Numbered from the stretch's first letter, positions 28,372 to 37,810 are shown. The stretch is 64,000 bases of DNA from a virus (IMGVR_UViG_3300032103_000073); one strand, 5' to 3'. Numbers and translations are program-made. The notes: generated by a model from the sequence alone, not told the origin.

Positions 28372-28935
28372 ATGATCAGTCTAAAAGATTTTTTGGAAGT
28401 TATCGACTACAGTATTACCGAAGGCTGGACCTACTGCTGGCAGTGTTTTGGTGATAATGCCTATGCACTGGATCATCACGATCCTGATCGTAGCAAGAAC
28501 AGCTTTACTATTGTTTTTGATAAAAAAGACCGAACCGTATATTGTGTAGAAGCACACGACTACGAAAACAATCGTAGCTATCGTTTGCTACATCCTGCGC
28601 ATGCCCAGGCCTACCAAGATGAATGCACAGCTAAAGGTATTAAGGACATGGCCTGGGACGATGTTGCCTACACTGATTTGGAAACAGATGAGGATTGGCT
28701 TGAGAAAGCTCGTGCAATCTTTGCTGGTGAACCTTACGATACTCGTGTTAGTGTTCCTGTAAATTTTACAGATGAAGAACTGCTCAAGTATATGGTTGCT
28801 GCTCATGAACGTGACATGACCTTTAATCAGTTTGTTGAAGCTGCTTTGCGAGAAGCTATCAATGAACATCAACGTGACCCCGAAGCTTTTAAGGCAAGAG
28901 CAGACCAGTGGAAAGCTGAACATGCTGGCGATTGA
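28372..28935 (+). CDS. hypothetical protein
   Basis: ORF. Confidence 0.5.
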   Translation: MISLKDFLEVIDYSITEGWTYCWQCFGDNAYALDHHDPDRSKNSFTIVFDKKDRTVYCVEAHDYENNRSYRLLHPAHAQAYQDECTAKGIKDMAWDDVAYTDLETDEDWLEKARAIFAGEPYDTRVSVPVNFTDEELLKYMVAAHERDMTFNQFVEAALREAINEHQRDPEAFKARADQWKAEHAGD

Positions 28936-29488
28936 AACAATCACAAGAGATCAGCTTGAGCAGCACCTGCTTGAGCTTGATCAGGACAGTTGTGTTTGCC
29001 GTTTTGGCTATGCTGCTAACCCTACTACAATTAAAATGTATGTGGACAGTATTCCAGAAGGAGACATGCTATTTGGTATTCGTCCCAGCTTGATCAATGA
29101 CCGTGTAGCTGCCGCAGTGCATCTTGCTATAAGTCCCGATGGCTCAACCGCAGAGCTTGGTATTAGCACCTTGCCTGAATTTAAGCGTAGAGGCATGGGC
29201 GAACGTGTCCTACGTTATGCAGTTGATATTTTACGCAACAGAGGTATTAAGCAGATCTACAGTGTTTGTATGCCTGATAATAGTCCCTTGATGAATCTTA
29301 TTCGCAAGCTAAACATTACTTCTATTACCAGCAGTCCGGGACAGCGCGAAGCAACTATCAACATTCCTATGGCGGGGATTGACAGTGTTTTGGCAGAGTT
29401 GCGAAATGATCGTATGATTATTGTTGACAGTGCTATGAAGCCTTGGGCAGAGCTTTGGGGCAAAATGCTCAATATTGACACAAAATAA
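28922..29488 (+). CDS. GNAT-family acetyltransferase-like protein
   Basis: R-R-G-M-G acetyl-CoA-binding motif; probable start at 28922 (track from 28832). Confidence 0.5.
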   Translation: MLAIETITRDQLEQHLLELDQDSCVCRFGYAANPTTIKMYVDSIPEGDMLFGIRPSLINDRVAAAVHLAISPDGSTAELGISTLPEFKRRGMGERVLRYAVDILRNRGIKQIYSVCMPDNSPLMNLIRKLNITSITSSPGQREATINIPMAGIDSVLAELRNDRMIIVDSAMKPWAELWGKMLNIDTK

Positions 29489-29509
29489 CTTTGGCAGTAT
29501 ACTGCTAAT

Positions 29510-29872
29510 ATGAAGATTCGAGTTAAAAATCCAGAGTTTAATCGCCCGGGCGTTTGGTATTTTGAGCAGCCCGAGTATTTTGAATACGAGGGTGATGAAG
29601 TCCAAGTTAAATGGCTCAAGCCCGACGAAATAGCCTTGTCTACAGGAAACCCAGAGTTTCCTTTTCGTGTGATCAAACGAGCAAAGATTTTGCTCATTGA
29701 CGATAAGCCTGTAGAGCAAGAAAAAGACAATACTGTTAAGACCTTTACGGTTAAAGGCAGCAAAGGTGATTCTTATACAGTGACCGTTGCACCGGGTAAA
29801 TATCACTGTACCTGTAGCGGCTTTCAGTTTAGGCGTTCATGTAAACATATCACGGAGTTTGCCCATGCGTAA
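29510..29872 (+). CDS. SWIM zinc-finger-like small protein
   Basis: CTCSGFQFRRSCKH (CxC...CxH). Confidence 0.4.
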   Translation: MKIRVKNPEFNRPGVWYFEQPEYFEYEGDEVQVKWLKPDEIALSTGNPEFPFRVIKRAKILLIDDKPVEQEKDNTVKTFTVKGSKGDSYTVTVAPGKYHCTCSGFQFRRSCKHITEFAHA

Positions 29873-30227
29873 AGTTTTATCAGTAGTTCTATTAAGTACA
29901 GTTTTAATGGGCTGTGCTACACATCATCAAGCTAACCAAACTACCGGAGCGGTGATCGGTGGAGTTGTTGGCAAACAAATAGGTGGAACTCCTGGAGCAA
30001 TTCTTGGCGCTGGCATGGGCGCAGTTATAGGCGGACAGCAGCCTGTAGAACAACCCCGATATTATCCTCCTGTTTATCAGCAAGAATATAGATACTACGA
30101 CAGGTCTGCTCAGTGCGAAATTTATCGCCGTAGAGAGCACGCCTGCTATCAATATCATTATCGCGATACTCGTGCCATGTGTTTAGAAGATGCACGTAGC
30201 AGGCATTTTTATTGTATGACTCGATAA
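29865..30227 (+). CDS. glycine-zipper lipoprotein
   Basis: lipobox LMGC; GxxxG repeats GAVIGGVVGKQIGG... Confidence 0.5.
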   Translation: MRKVLSVVLLSTVLMGCATHHQANQTTGAVIGGVVGKQIGGTPGAILGAGMGAVIGGQQPVEQPRYYPPVYQQEYRYYDRSAQCEIYRRREHACYQYHYRDTRAMCLEDARSRHFYCMTR

Positions 30228-30254
30228 ATAACTATAACAAACTTAGGAGTTATT

Positions 30255-30557
30255 ATGATTAGAATTACATTTTCTATGATCAGACCAAATACTAATGTCG
30301 ATTGGTGGTTCAATACCCCCGATGGCGCAGTATATAGCAATTACAGAGCAAGCAATTATAGCGATAAAATTAGCAACCCAGAGGTAATTTTAAGCGATGA
30401 TGGTCTTGCTTGGACTTACAGTGTCACTTGGGCAACTAGAGAAGACTACGAAGCAAGATTAGCCGACGACAAATATAGTCTAGCACTAGAAGCAAGAGCC
30501 GCGTACAATCTCGAAAACGGCATTACTGAAACTAAACACCAAATTGTCAATCTTTAA
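30255..30557 (+). CDS. hypothetical protein
   Basis: ORF. Confidence 0.45.
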   Translation: MIRITFSMIRPNTNVDWWFNTPDGAVYSNYRASNYSDKISNPEVILSDDGLAWTYSVTWATREDYEARLADDKYSLALEARAAYNLENGITETKHQIVNL

Positions 30558-30567
30558 TCTAGTTTAA

Positions 30568-30596
30568 TTGACACAAAATCCTCGTTATGCTATAAT
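30568..30596 (+). promoter_or_regulatory. conserved early promoter
   Basis: TTGACA-N17-TATAAT. Confidence 0.7.
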
Positions 30597-30626
30597 ACAT
30601 TTATAGTTAGATAACGGGGATTTTTT

Positions 30627-31355
30627 ATGTTTAATCAACCGCGCAGAAAACCTAAATCTCAACCAAAAAAGCCCTACACCATTCCCGACGCATGGGTAGC
30701 AGTTGCCTACGCAGATCGTATCAATCAAGGTCAGTATGTAAACGACCGTACTGTCTTTGGTCCAGAAGATACCAAAAAGAACACCAATCGGGCGTTAGCT
30801 ATTGCAGTGCTAGATAATATTGTCACTGCCGATCAAATTCAACTAGTTGATCGCGAATTTGCTTCTACCCTTGCTGCCCACTTTTCGGGCTTGATGTTTC
30901 ACACTCTCAAGCAGGCGAGCGAAACTCAACTGCATCCATCGCGCGGAACTTTTACGGATACCATTGCTTCTATTATTGGCATGAGCGAAGTAGGTGTTTA
31001 TGAAGTTGCTTGCATGGTTTGCTTGCCTTCCACTTACCGTAAAGACTTGAAAAAAGAAGCAAGGGCAGAAACAATGTTTGCCCTGAACGCTACAAGCGAA
31101 TATGTTGGTATGCCGGGCAGTAAGCACGAATTGCCTGTTGATGTTATCAGTACTGTCTACAGTCAAAAATACGAAGCATTGATTGTCACTGCAAAAAGCG
31201 GAGGTAATATTGTAAAATTTTTTACAAGTAAGGATCGTGGAGAATTTCCCGATAACACTACGGTTAAAATTAAAGGAACCGTAAAGCACGCTAGTGTAAA
31301 CGAGCGCACCGGCGGCAAAGAAACTTGGTTGACTCGTGTAAAGGTTATTGTATGA
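30627..31355 (+). CDS. hypothetical protein (242 aa)
   Basis: ORF. Confidence 0.5.
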   Translation: MFNQPRRKPKSQPKKPYTIPDAWVAVAYADRINQGQYVNDRTVFGPEDTKKNTNRALAIAVLDNIVTADQIQLVDREFASTLAAHFSGLMFHTLKQASETQLHPSRGTFTDTIASIIGMSEVGVYEVACMVCLPSTYRKDLKKEARAETMFALNATSEYVGMPGSKHELPVDVISTVYSQKYEALIVTAKSGGNIVKFFTSKDRGEFPDNTTVKIKGTVKHASVNERTGGKETWLTRVKVIV

Positions 31356-31528
31356 TTAGAGTGGTTTTTCTGTTTTTGGTTTTAAGTGTGCTGGCCTATT
31401 TGGCAATCAAGGCTACAGAAATGATGACAGGTCAGCAGTTGATTAAATTGACAAAAATTGCAGGCTATGTTATAATCAGTTCTATGTTAGCAATCATGCT
31501 AATGTTTGGACTAGTAATGTTCTTTTAA
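31352..31528 (+). CDS. small membrane protein
   Basis: two TM helices; ATGA overlap. Confidence 0.4.
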   Translation: MIRVVFLFLVLSVLAYLAIKATEMMTGQQLIKLTKIAGYVIISSMLAIMLMFGLVMFF

Positions 31529-31621
31529 GGATTTTATGATTAGTAATATTTGGGTTCGCCCTTTGTATTTTGTTTTGGGTTTTAGTGTTTCTTTCTTTCT
31601 TTTTTCTACAGGAGTTCTTTA

Positions 31622-32419
31622 ATGAAAAGCGTTTTTAAATTTGGTTTTGTTGTTGCCGCAGTTGCTCTGGCTACTGGTTGTACTCGTATCGAGACTGGTG
31701 AAGTTGGCGTACGGGTTGGGTTTGATAAACAGGTTAAACCGGGTGAACTCGAGCCAGGTAGTTTCAATCAGGTATTGATTGGTGATGTGCTGACTTTCCC
31801 TTACAAGGATGTTAACGTGGTTCTAGAGAATATGACCCCAGTGGCTAAAGACAACAGCACTATGAAAGATTTAGATGCTGTAGTTGTTTATAACCTCAAT
31901 AAGAATCAAGCAGCAGAACTGTATAGTTCTAAGAACCGCAGCTTCCACGCAGAGTTTAAAGGCGATACTTACTTAATGTATAACTACATCGTCCAAAATG
32001 CTCGTAATGCTATCTACAAAGCGGCACGAAAGCATGAAGCCTTGGACATGGCAGACAATCGTGATGCTATGGAAAACTTTATCAAGGAAGAAATCACTCG
32101 GAATCTTGCTGAGGAAAAACTGGATGGTGCTATCACTATTAGCCAGGTCATGATTCGTAACGTAACTCCTGCTGACAGTGTTGTTCAGAGTGCTAACGAA
32201 TTGGTTCGTAGTAAGAACGAACTCAAGCAAAAAGAAATTGAAGTTAAGACTGCCGAAGCAGAAGCACGTCGAATGGCTGCTCTAGCTAACAACAGCTCTA
32301 GCTCGATTGCTTTTATGAATGCCCAAGCTGCTCTTAATATCTCTGAAGGTATCAAGAACGGCAAGGTGCAGACTATTGTTGTTCCTAGCAACATGACCAG
32401 CTTGATGCTGCCTAAGTAA
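31622..32419 (+). CDS. SPFH/Band-7-like lipoprotein
   Basis: lipobox ATGC; TGEVGVRVGFDK prohibitin-like start; coiled-coil C-terminus. Confidence 0.5.
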   Translation: MKSVFKFGFVVAAVALATGCTRIETGEVGVRVGFDKQVKPGELEPGSFNQVLIGDVLTFPYKDVNVVLENMTPVAKDNSTMKDLDAVVVYNLNKNQAAELYSSKNRSFHAEFKGDTYLMYNYIVQNARNAIYKAARKHEALDMADNRDAMENFIKEEITRNLAEEKLDGAITISQVMIRNVTPADSVVQSANELVRSKNELKQKEIEVKTAEAEARRMAALANNSSSSIAFMNAQAALNISEGIKNGKVQTIVVPSNMTSLMLPK

Positions 32420-32420
32420 T

Positions 32421-32618
32421 ATGAAACTACCGATGAGTCCCGGCGAGTACATGTTCTGGACGGGACTCGTCTATTTTGTTGTAGGAATGTATGCGATCTT
32501 TGTTGATAGGTTTGTAGAACCCGAATACATTCAAATGGTGTGGATACTAGTGCTACTGATTCCCGTACTATTCCCCGTCCGTTGGTTAGTTCGTGGCACA
32601 CCTTTTTGGAAAAGCTAA
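32421..32618 (+). CDS. small membrane protein
   Basis: TM helices. Confidence 0.4.
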   Translation: MKLPMSPGEYMFWTGLVYFVVGMYAIFVDRFVEPEYIQMVWILVLLIPVLFPVRWLVRGTPFWKS

Positions 32619-32956
32619 TGAAAAACTTTGTTTACTTTATCGGTTGGTTGCTTAAACGAATGTTTGGGGGCGTAATCGACATATACTACAAATATGATAA
32701 ACTTGTAGTTAAAGAGCCCTGGCTCGGCCTGCTGCCTACACTAATGATTAGTGTAGTCGTATTGTTTGTCGCTATGCTAGTATTCGTTTCAATAGACTTT
32801 ATTAGCCACGCTTCACTAAAGCTGTCTTTTGGTATTGCTGGCTTAGTATATGTAAACTACTTTCGTATTTTACTTCGCGAGCAATATGGCAAGTATATGC
32901 AAGAGCGAGACAAGTTTGTTGACACGCTAAAAGGTTCAAATGATTCCCCACACTAA
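32618..32956 (+). CDS. membrane protein
   Basis: TM helices; probable start at 32618. Confidence 0.4.
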   Translation: MKNFVYFIGWLLKRMFGGVIDIYYKYDKLVVKEPWLGLLPTLMISVVVLFVAMLVFVSIDFISHASLKLSFGIAGLVYVNYFRILLREQYGKYMQERDKFVDTLKGSNDSPH

Positions 32957-33103
32957 ATGGGAGCGACTAATCCTGCTTGAAGAAATTGAGCGCGGTGAGA
33001 AAATTGTAATTCCTACCAGCATCGAGCATGCCGAGAACATGATACGTGTAGCACAATTTTATATCAATCAACATCACGAAGAAATGGTCGAGGTATTATC
33101 AAA

Positions 33104-33364
33104 GTGACCGAAGAACTTAATCCGCACCTAGACATTCTAGGACGTGAACTTAAAGTAGGTATGCCTGTGGCAGTGAGTGCAGGGCAAACAGGTCTAAAGA
33201 TCTGCACAGTTAAAGCACTTACACCTAAAATGGTGCGTGTGGAACCCGTTAAAAAGCAAACAAGTTGGGGAGGTAAAGTAAAGACATATCTCGAGTACGG
33301 TAATCAAATGGTTATTATTGGTGGGGAAGATGTTCTCATGTATGTATTAAAACACGGTGGTTAA
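33104..33364 (+). CDS. hypothetical small protein (KOW/SH3-like paralog group)
   Basis: paralog of 9928. Confidence 0.45.
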   Translation: MTEELNPHLDILGRELKVGMPVAVSAGQTGLKICTVKALTPKMVRVEPVKKQTSWGGKVKTYLEYGNQMVIIGGEDVLMYVLKHGG

Positions 33365-33365
33365 A

Positions 33366-33581
33366 ATGAATGAACTAATTGCACAACTAGCAGAACAAGC
33401 GGCACAGGCTACAGCCGCAGAACCTAACGAAGTAAACTTGGAAGTAGAAGTCGATGACACCAAGTTCCAAATCCCTGGCAACTTTATTGAGAAGTTTGCA
33501 GAGTTGATTGTTCGGGAATGTTCTACACTAGCGTATGACGGTCCCGGAGGTATCTTGGAACATTTTGGAGTTGAAGAATGA
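33366..33581 (+). CDS. FAELIVREC-family small protein
   Basis: KFAELIVRECSTL...EHFGVEE. Confidence 0.6.
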   Translation: MNELIAQLAEQAAQATAAEPNEVNLEVEVDDTKFQIPGNFIEKFAELIVRECSTLAYDGPGGILEHFGVEE

Positions 33582-33702
33582 AAACAATACTAGCAGTCGT
33601 CGGCGGCTTTGTTCTTGCACTAGCTATTTTAGGTACGTTTAATATCGGCAATTTTGTTTTAATGTATAGCCCTGATAAAATCTCTTGCGTTAAGGAACAA
33701 CA

Positions 33703-34089
33703 ATGAAAATCGGAACAAGTCTCGGGAAGTGTGTTAAGAGTCTGCTTGACGGTGATGTTGCCTACGAGGATGTGTTGTTCGTTGTAAGCAACACTTTGGG
33801 TCCTGATGAGGAAAAGCTCAAGGACATCATGCAACAATATTATTACGGATACGCAGATAACCCTGCATATGATCTTTCTGAGCATACTCTTGAAGAAGCC
33901 CAGGATATGGCAGTACGATTGTTTAGAAACGGCAAGTTGTTCCAACCCCGTATCCATATTAAAGACCTATGGGGTAATGCCCATGGCCTAAAGGACACTT
34001 GGTATGATATCGTCCCCAGCCTTGGTAGTAGCGAAAGCGCCAAGAATGCATGGGATGCTTATGTTATGATGAGCAAGTTGAGCCAATGA
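33703..34089 (+). CDS. hypothetical protein
   Basis: ORF. Confidence 0.5.
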   Translation: MKIGTSLGKCVKSLLDGDVAYEDVLFVVSNTLGPDEEKLKDIMQQYYYGYADNPAYDLSEHTLEEAQDMAVRLFRNGKLFQPRIHIKDLWGNAHGLKDTWYDIVPSLGSSESAKNAWDAYVMMSKLSQ

Positions 34090-34090
34090 T

Positions 34091-34288
34091 ATGCCGCAGT
34101 ATAGAAACATTGTTGTCCGGGTCCCGCGTGGCAATGCAGGCTGGCAATGGGGTCGCAATCAATGGCAAGAGTGGTGTGCATTAAATTGCCGGGGCGATTA
34201 TCAAGTGGTTGCATATAACAATCGTGAAATTACAGGCGGCTTCGATTTAGAGTCGGATGCAATGATGTTTATGTTGAGATGGTCATGA
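34091..34288 (+). CDS. MF-x-LRWS-motif family small protein
   Basis: C-terminus ..DAMMFMLRWS; start of array 2. Confidence 0.6.
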   Translation: MPQYRNIVVRVPRGNAGWQWGRNQWQEWCALNCRGDYQVVAYNNREITGGFDLESDAMMFMLRWS

Positions 34289-34740
34289 ATTATAATTCTC
34301 TATCGGATAAAGAACTATTAAACTATTTAGATCTATACAACGATGATCCTTTGGTTCGTCGCTTGTTAAAGATATTAGAAGAAGGAAGTATTGTACAAGA
34401 GCTGGTCGATGCAGGCATGGATCCTACTGACAGGACCTTTGAACATGATTGGCAGAATTTGAGTCCTGGTGATTACATCGAGCAACTTCGTAGAGACATG
34501 GAATACCATATCGAAGAACGTGACGAGATTGAACAAGAAAAAGAACACCTTGAGCGTGAAGTGACCCGTTTGTCTACTATGAGTCTTGTTAAATTTATCG
34601 CTGATGTTAGCGAGAAATTGGATGTTGCAAAATCAGAGATGCATCGTGCTCAACGTATTGCAGACAACGAAAAGAAGCTACGACAAGAATCTGAACAGAA
34701 ATTTGAGTTCTGGGAAAAACTAAATCACGGCATTAAATGA
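34285..34740 (+). CDS. hypothetical coiled-coil protein
   Basis: ATGA-coupled. Confidence 0.5.
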   Translation: MNYNSLSDKELLNYLDLYNDDPLVRRLLKILEEGSIVQELVDAGMDPTDRTFEHDWQNLSPGDYIEQLRRDMEYHIEERDEIEQEKEHLEREVTRLSTMSLVKFIADVSEKLDVAKSEMHRAQRIADNEKKLRQESEQKFEFWEKLNHGIK

Positions 34741-34940
34741 CAATCACAGACCTGCACGTACACAATGACGATAGGTATCCTTACAAGTATCGTTTAGATG
34801 TTCACATAGGTAACTTGAATCGTTATGAAGATGTACGGGACTGGATCGACCAACAAGGGATACCGGCCGTTATCGGACCGGGGTTTGGTTATTTTCGAAC
34901 CAAAGAAGATGCCTTGTTAGTAGCTTTACGATGGTCCTAA
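34737..34940 (+). CDS. MF-x-LRWS-motif family small protein
   Basis: C-terminus ..DALLVALRWS. Confidence 0.6.
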   Translation: MTITDLHVHNDDRYPYKYRLDVHIGNLNRYEDVRDWIDQQGIPAVIGPGFGYFRTKEDALLVALRWS

Positions 34941-34947
34941 CCAAATA

Positions 34948-34976
34948 TTGACACAAAATAATCATAGTGCTATAAT
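34948..34976 (+). promoter_or_regulatory. conserved early promoter
   Basis: TTGACA-N17-TATAAT. Confidence 0.7.
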
Positions 34977-34981
34977 AAGCT

Positions 34982-35230
34982 ATGATGAAGCTGGAAACTA
35001 CAACGTCAACATGGCACGGTGCAAAGTATACGTGCATCCGTCCTCGTCTTTCCAGCTGGAGTGTTAGTGCCAATCAAGCTACATGGACTGCTATTTCACA
35101 GTGGTGCTATGACTCGTTTGGCGAGCCTGGAGACCTGTTTGATTCTACTTGTGCTCGATGGTATATTAGCAATGGCTATTTGTTCCGACAGCCCGAAGAT
35201 GCAATGATGTTTATGTTGAGGTGGTCATGA
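34982..35230 (+). CDS. MF-x-LRWS-motif family small protein
   Basis: C-terminus ..DAMMFMLRWS; WCYDSFGEPG motif. Confidence 0.6.
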   Translation: MMKLETTTSTWHGAKYTCIRPRLSSWSVSANQATWTAISQWCYDSFGEPGDLFDSTCARWYISNGYLFRQPEDAMMFMLRWS

Positions 35231-35496
35231 GTATTACTAAACCCGAATGCTATTTAGAGCCCGAGTTTTTAAACAAACTTTGGTGCAATTATGTTGAGAT
35301 TAATCACCTTGGCAAAGGCAAGTTTTATTACCTGGAGACGGAGTATTGTAGGGTAAGCCGCCGTGGGTATCTATCACAACAATTTGAATTGTGGTTGTGG
35401 AAAGAAGGTGCAAGTGTTCGACAAATCAACGGCAAGTGTTATTTAGAATTTATCGATGCAGAAGATGCAATGATGTTCAGATTGAGGTTTAGTTGA
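35227..35496 (+). CDS. MF-x-LRWS-motif family small protein
   Basis: C-terminus ..DAMMFRLRFS. Confidence 0.6.
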   Translation: MSITKPECYLEPEFLNKLWCNYVEINHLGKGKFYYLETEYCRVSRRGYLSQQFELWLWKEGASVRQINGKCYLEFIDAEDAMMFRLRFS

Positions 35497-35497
35497 T

Positions 35498-35761
35498 ATG
35501 TTTGAGTTTGCATCAATGACTACAAAGTACGAAAATTTCACTGGAAAGAAGTGGAATTACAGTGGCAACAATGACACTAACTACCTAAGGAAGAACTTTC
35601 CGATGGTAAGTCTCGAAGGCAATAAACAACTGCTAGACGAAATGCATTTAGTACGAGACTGGTGTCAAGAACAGTTTGGAGACTATTGGATCTACGATTG
35701 GAATGACTTTTACTTTAAGAATAAAGATGATGCAGTTTTGTTTGCGTTGAGGTGGCTATGA
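35498..35761 (+). CDS. MF-x-LRWS-motif family small protein
   Basis: C-terminus ..DAVLFALRWL. Confidence 0.6.
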   Translation: MFEFASMTTKYENFTGKKWNYSGNNDTNYLRKNFPMVSLEGNKQLLDEMHLVRDWCQEQFGDYWIYDWNDFYFKNKDDAVLFALRWL

Positions 35762-36033
35762 ACTTTGAGTTGCAAGAAGGATATAACAAGCGAGTTGAGT
35801 TTAGTCCGGCTGTTGTATACCGCATTATGTCCACTTGGACTGAAGTTAAAGTCACTAGAGCAATGGCCGAACAACTGGTATCAGTACCTGTAAAATATCC
35901 AGCATCAAAGGGATACCCTCGTATCAGAAAATGGGTCGACGATAACATCGAAGGCCGCTGGGCAAGTCATATTCATTTGTTTTATTTTGAAGAACCAACA
36001 GATGCGTTCCTTTTTAGATTGAGGTTTGGTTGA
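35752..36033 (+). CDS. MF-x-LRWS-motif family small protein
   Basis: C-terminus ..DAFLFRLRFG. Confidence 0.6.
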   Translation: MAMNFELQEGYNKRVEFSPAVVYRIMSTWTEVKVTRAMAEQLVSVPVKYPASKGYPRIRKWVDDNIEGRWASHIHLFYFEEPTDAFLFRLRFG

Positions 36034-36293
36034 TGGCAATAACTTATACAATGTCCGAAAAATGGCCTACTATAAAGTTCCCGAAATTACATAAGGTTGT
36101 TTATGATCAGCGATCAGATGAACAAGTATTAGCCGGATATCAACGAAGCTATAAGGATCATTTAGTAGATACATGGCTCGAAACAAACTGTAAGCATCCT
36201 TACTATCACAGTCCTGGGTATCAACGCGAAAAGTATATTCAATTTGAATGCGACGAAGAAGCATTTATGTTTGCACTACAGTGGAGCAACTAA
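36030..36293 (+). CDS. MF-x-LRWS-motif family small protein
   Basis: C-terminus ..EAFMFALQWSN. Confidence 0.6.
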   Translation: MMAITYTMSEKWPTIKFPKLHKVVYDQRSDEQVLAGYQRSYKDHLVDTWLETNCKHPYYHSPGYQREKYIQFECDEEAFMFALQWSN

Positions 36294-36517
36294 TGTTTTT
36301 CCATTGGTTTAAGTATAAAGTTCCAGTTGAAAGACATTCGAGTGAGATAATCATTAAAATGACATCAGAAGGCATCGTACCTTTAGCGAGAACAAATTTC
36401 TGGGACTATCTTAAACGAGAGTTTGGTGTCAAGCAATACTTTAACTGGCGCAACTGTACTAACTATATGGTGTTCAACAATGAAGAACACTACCTAATGT
36501 TTTTGTTAAAATTATGA
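36293..36517 (+). CDS. MF-x-LRWS-motif family small protein
   Basis: C-terminus ..HYLMFLLKL. Confidence 0.5.
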   Translation: MFFHWFKYKVPVERHSSEIIIKMTSEGIVPLARTNFWDYLKREFGVKQYFNWRNCTNYMVFNNEEHYLMFLLKL

Positions 36518-36819
36518 AACGAGATGATCTAATTAATATGATTGATAGCCTGTCACGAGGCATAGCAATACATCGACATCACGAAAAACGAGCCACCATG
36601 GCAAAAGATTCATTCAAGTTCAGCCGTAAATGGTATCAAGCACATTTCGATGTCGAGCAATATTTTGAAGTAGATGCATGGTGCGAAGAACAGTTCGGTC
36701 CACATCCTCGTCAACCCGATGCATGGAGCCGTTGGTGGCACAAGTTCGAGGACAGCATCTTGTTCCGTGACCAAGATGATTACATGATGTTTGTTTTACG
36801 ATGGGGCAAGCATGATTAA
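36514..36819 (+). CDS. MF-x-LRWS-motif family small protein
   Basis: C-terminus ..DYMMFVLRWGKHD; WCEEQFGPHP motif. Confidence 0.6.
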   Translation: MKRDDLINMIDSLSRGIAIHRHHEKRATMAKDSFKFSRKWYQAHFDVEQYFEVDAWCEEQFGPHPRQPDAWSRWWHKFEDSILFRDQDDYMMFVLRWGKHD

Positions 36820-37003
36820 AGTAAGTAAGAACCCGTTAGAAAGAAACAGCTATATTATTAGCAAAGGTCTCGATTATAAAACCGAAGACTGGTTAGAACT
36901 AAAAGAATGGCTCGAGCAACAAGACCACTTTTATCTCAACGGCGGAGTGCTGCATTTTAAAAGCGACGAAGTCAGTATGATGTTTGCATTAAAATACCTA
37001 TGA
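36812..37003 (+). CDS. MF-x-LRWS-motif family small protein
   Basis: C-terminus ..VSMMFALKYL. Confidence 0.55.
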   Translation: MIKVSKNPLERNSYIISKGLDYKTEDWLELKEWLEQQDHFYLNGGVLHFKSDEVSMMFALKYL

Positions 37004-37617
37004 TTAAACTACTTGGAAAACTCCCTTTAAATCCTGTTATCGCTCTTAGTGGCGGTGTGGATAGTATGGCTGTGGCTGATTTTGTTAGTCGTAGCAGAAG
37101 TGTGCAATGTGCATTTTTCCATCATGGCACCGGGGTTAGTGATATTGCAGCCCAAGTTGTCAAGGACTATTGCCTCAAACGAGGTTGGCATTTGTTTATG
37201 GGTCATATCGTCAATGAACGACCTGAGGACATTAGCCCCGAAGAACACTGGCGTAATGAACGTTATGCGTTCTTAGATAACCTACAGCGTGATGTGATTA
37301 CAGGTCATCATCTTGACGACAGTGTAGAAACTTACCTATGGAGCACCTTGCACGGCACTGCTAAGGTTATCCCGTATCAACGCAATCGTGTAATTCGCCC
37401 GTTCTCTTTGGCAAAGAAAGAGGACCTAGAAGCATGGGCTGAACGAAACAACGTGCCTTGGGTTGAAGATTACACTAACGGTGATACTAAGTATATGCGA
37501 AACTATGTGCGACACAATATTGTTCCGCATGCTCTAGCAGTGAATCCTGGCTTGCACAAAGTGGTAGCACGTAAAGTTGAAGAACAATATCACAAAACAC
37601 TTGACACAAATTATTAA
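37000..37617 (+). CDS. tilS: tRNA(Ile)-lysidine synthetase-like PP-loop domain (TilS N-terminal catalytic domain)
   Basis: SGGVDS PP-loop; TGHHLDDSVETYLW and VIRPF...WVEDYTNGD..Y.RN motifs match the TilS core; 205 aa, catalytic domain only. Confidence 0.75.
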   Translation: MIKLLGKLPLNPVIALSGGVDSMAVADFVSRSRSVQCAFFHHGTGVSDIAAQVVKDYCLKRGWHLFMGHIVNERPEDISPEEHWRNERYAFLDNLQRDVITGHHLDDSVETYLWSTLHGTAKVIPYQRNRVIRPFSLAKKEDLEAWAERNNVPWVEDYTNGDTKYMRNYVRHNIVPHALAVNPGLHKVVARKVEEQYHKTLDTNY

Positions 37618-37630
37618 ATACTGCTATAAT
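37601..37630 (+). promoter_or_regulatory. conserved promoter driving the tRNA pair
   Basis: TTGACA-N18-TATAAT overlapping the tilS stop. Confidence 0.65.
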
Positions 37631-37650
37631 AGATACAATAAATAAAACAC

Positions 37651-37728
37651 TGCTCCTATAGCACAATTGGTTAGTGCAATCGACTCATAATCGATAGGTT
37701 ACTGGTTCGAGTCCAGTTGGGAGCACCA
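37651..37728 (+). tRNA. tRNA-Ile2 (anticodon CAT, lysidine type) or Met
   Basis: cloverleaf; anticodon arm ..TCGACTCATAATCGAT.. as in E. coli tRNA-Ile2; encoded CCA; adjacent to tilS. Confidence 0.8.
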
Positions 37729-37733
37729 AGATT

Positions 37734-37809
37734 TCTGGCGTTCGTTCAATGGATAGGACAAGATTCTTCTAAAGTCTTTATGGGGGTTCGATTCCCTCAC
37801 GCCGGACCA
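37734..37809 (+). tRNA. tRNA-Arg (TCT)
   Basis: cloverleaf; anticodon loop CTTCTAA. Confidence 0.75.
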
Positions 37810-37810
37810 A

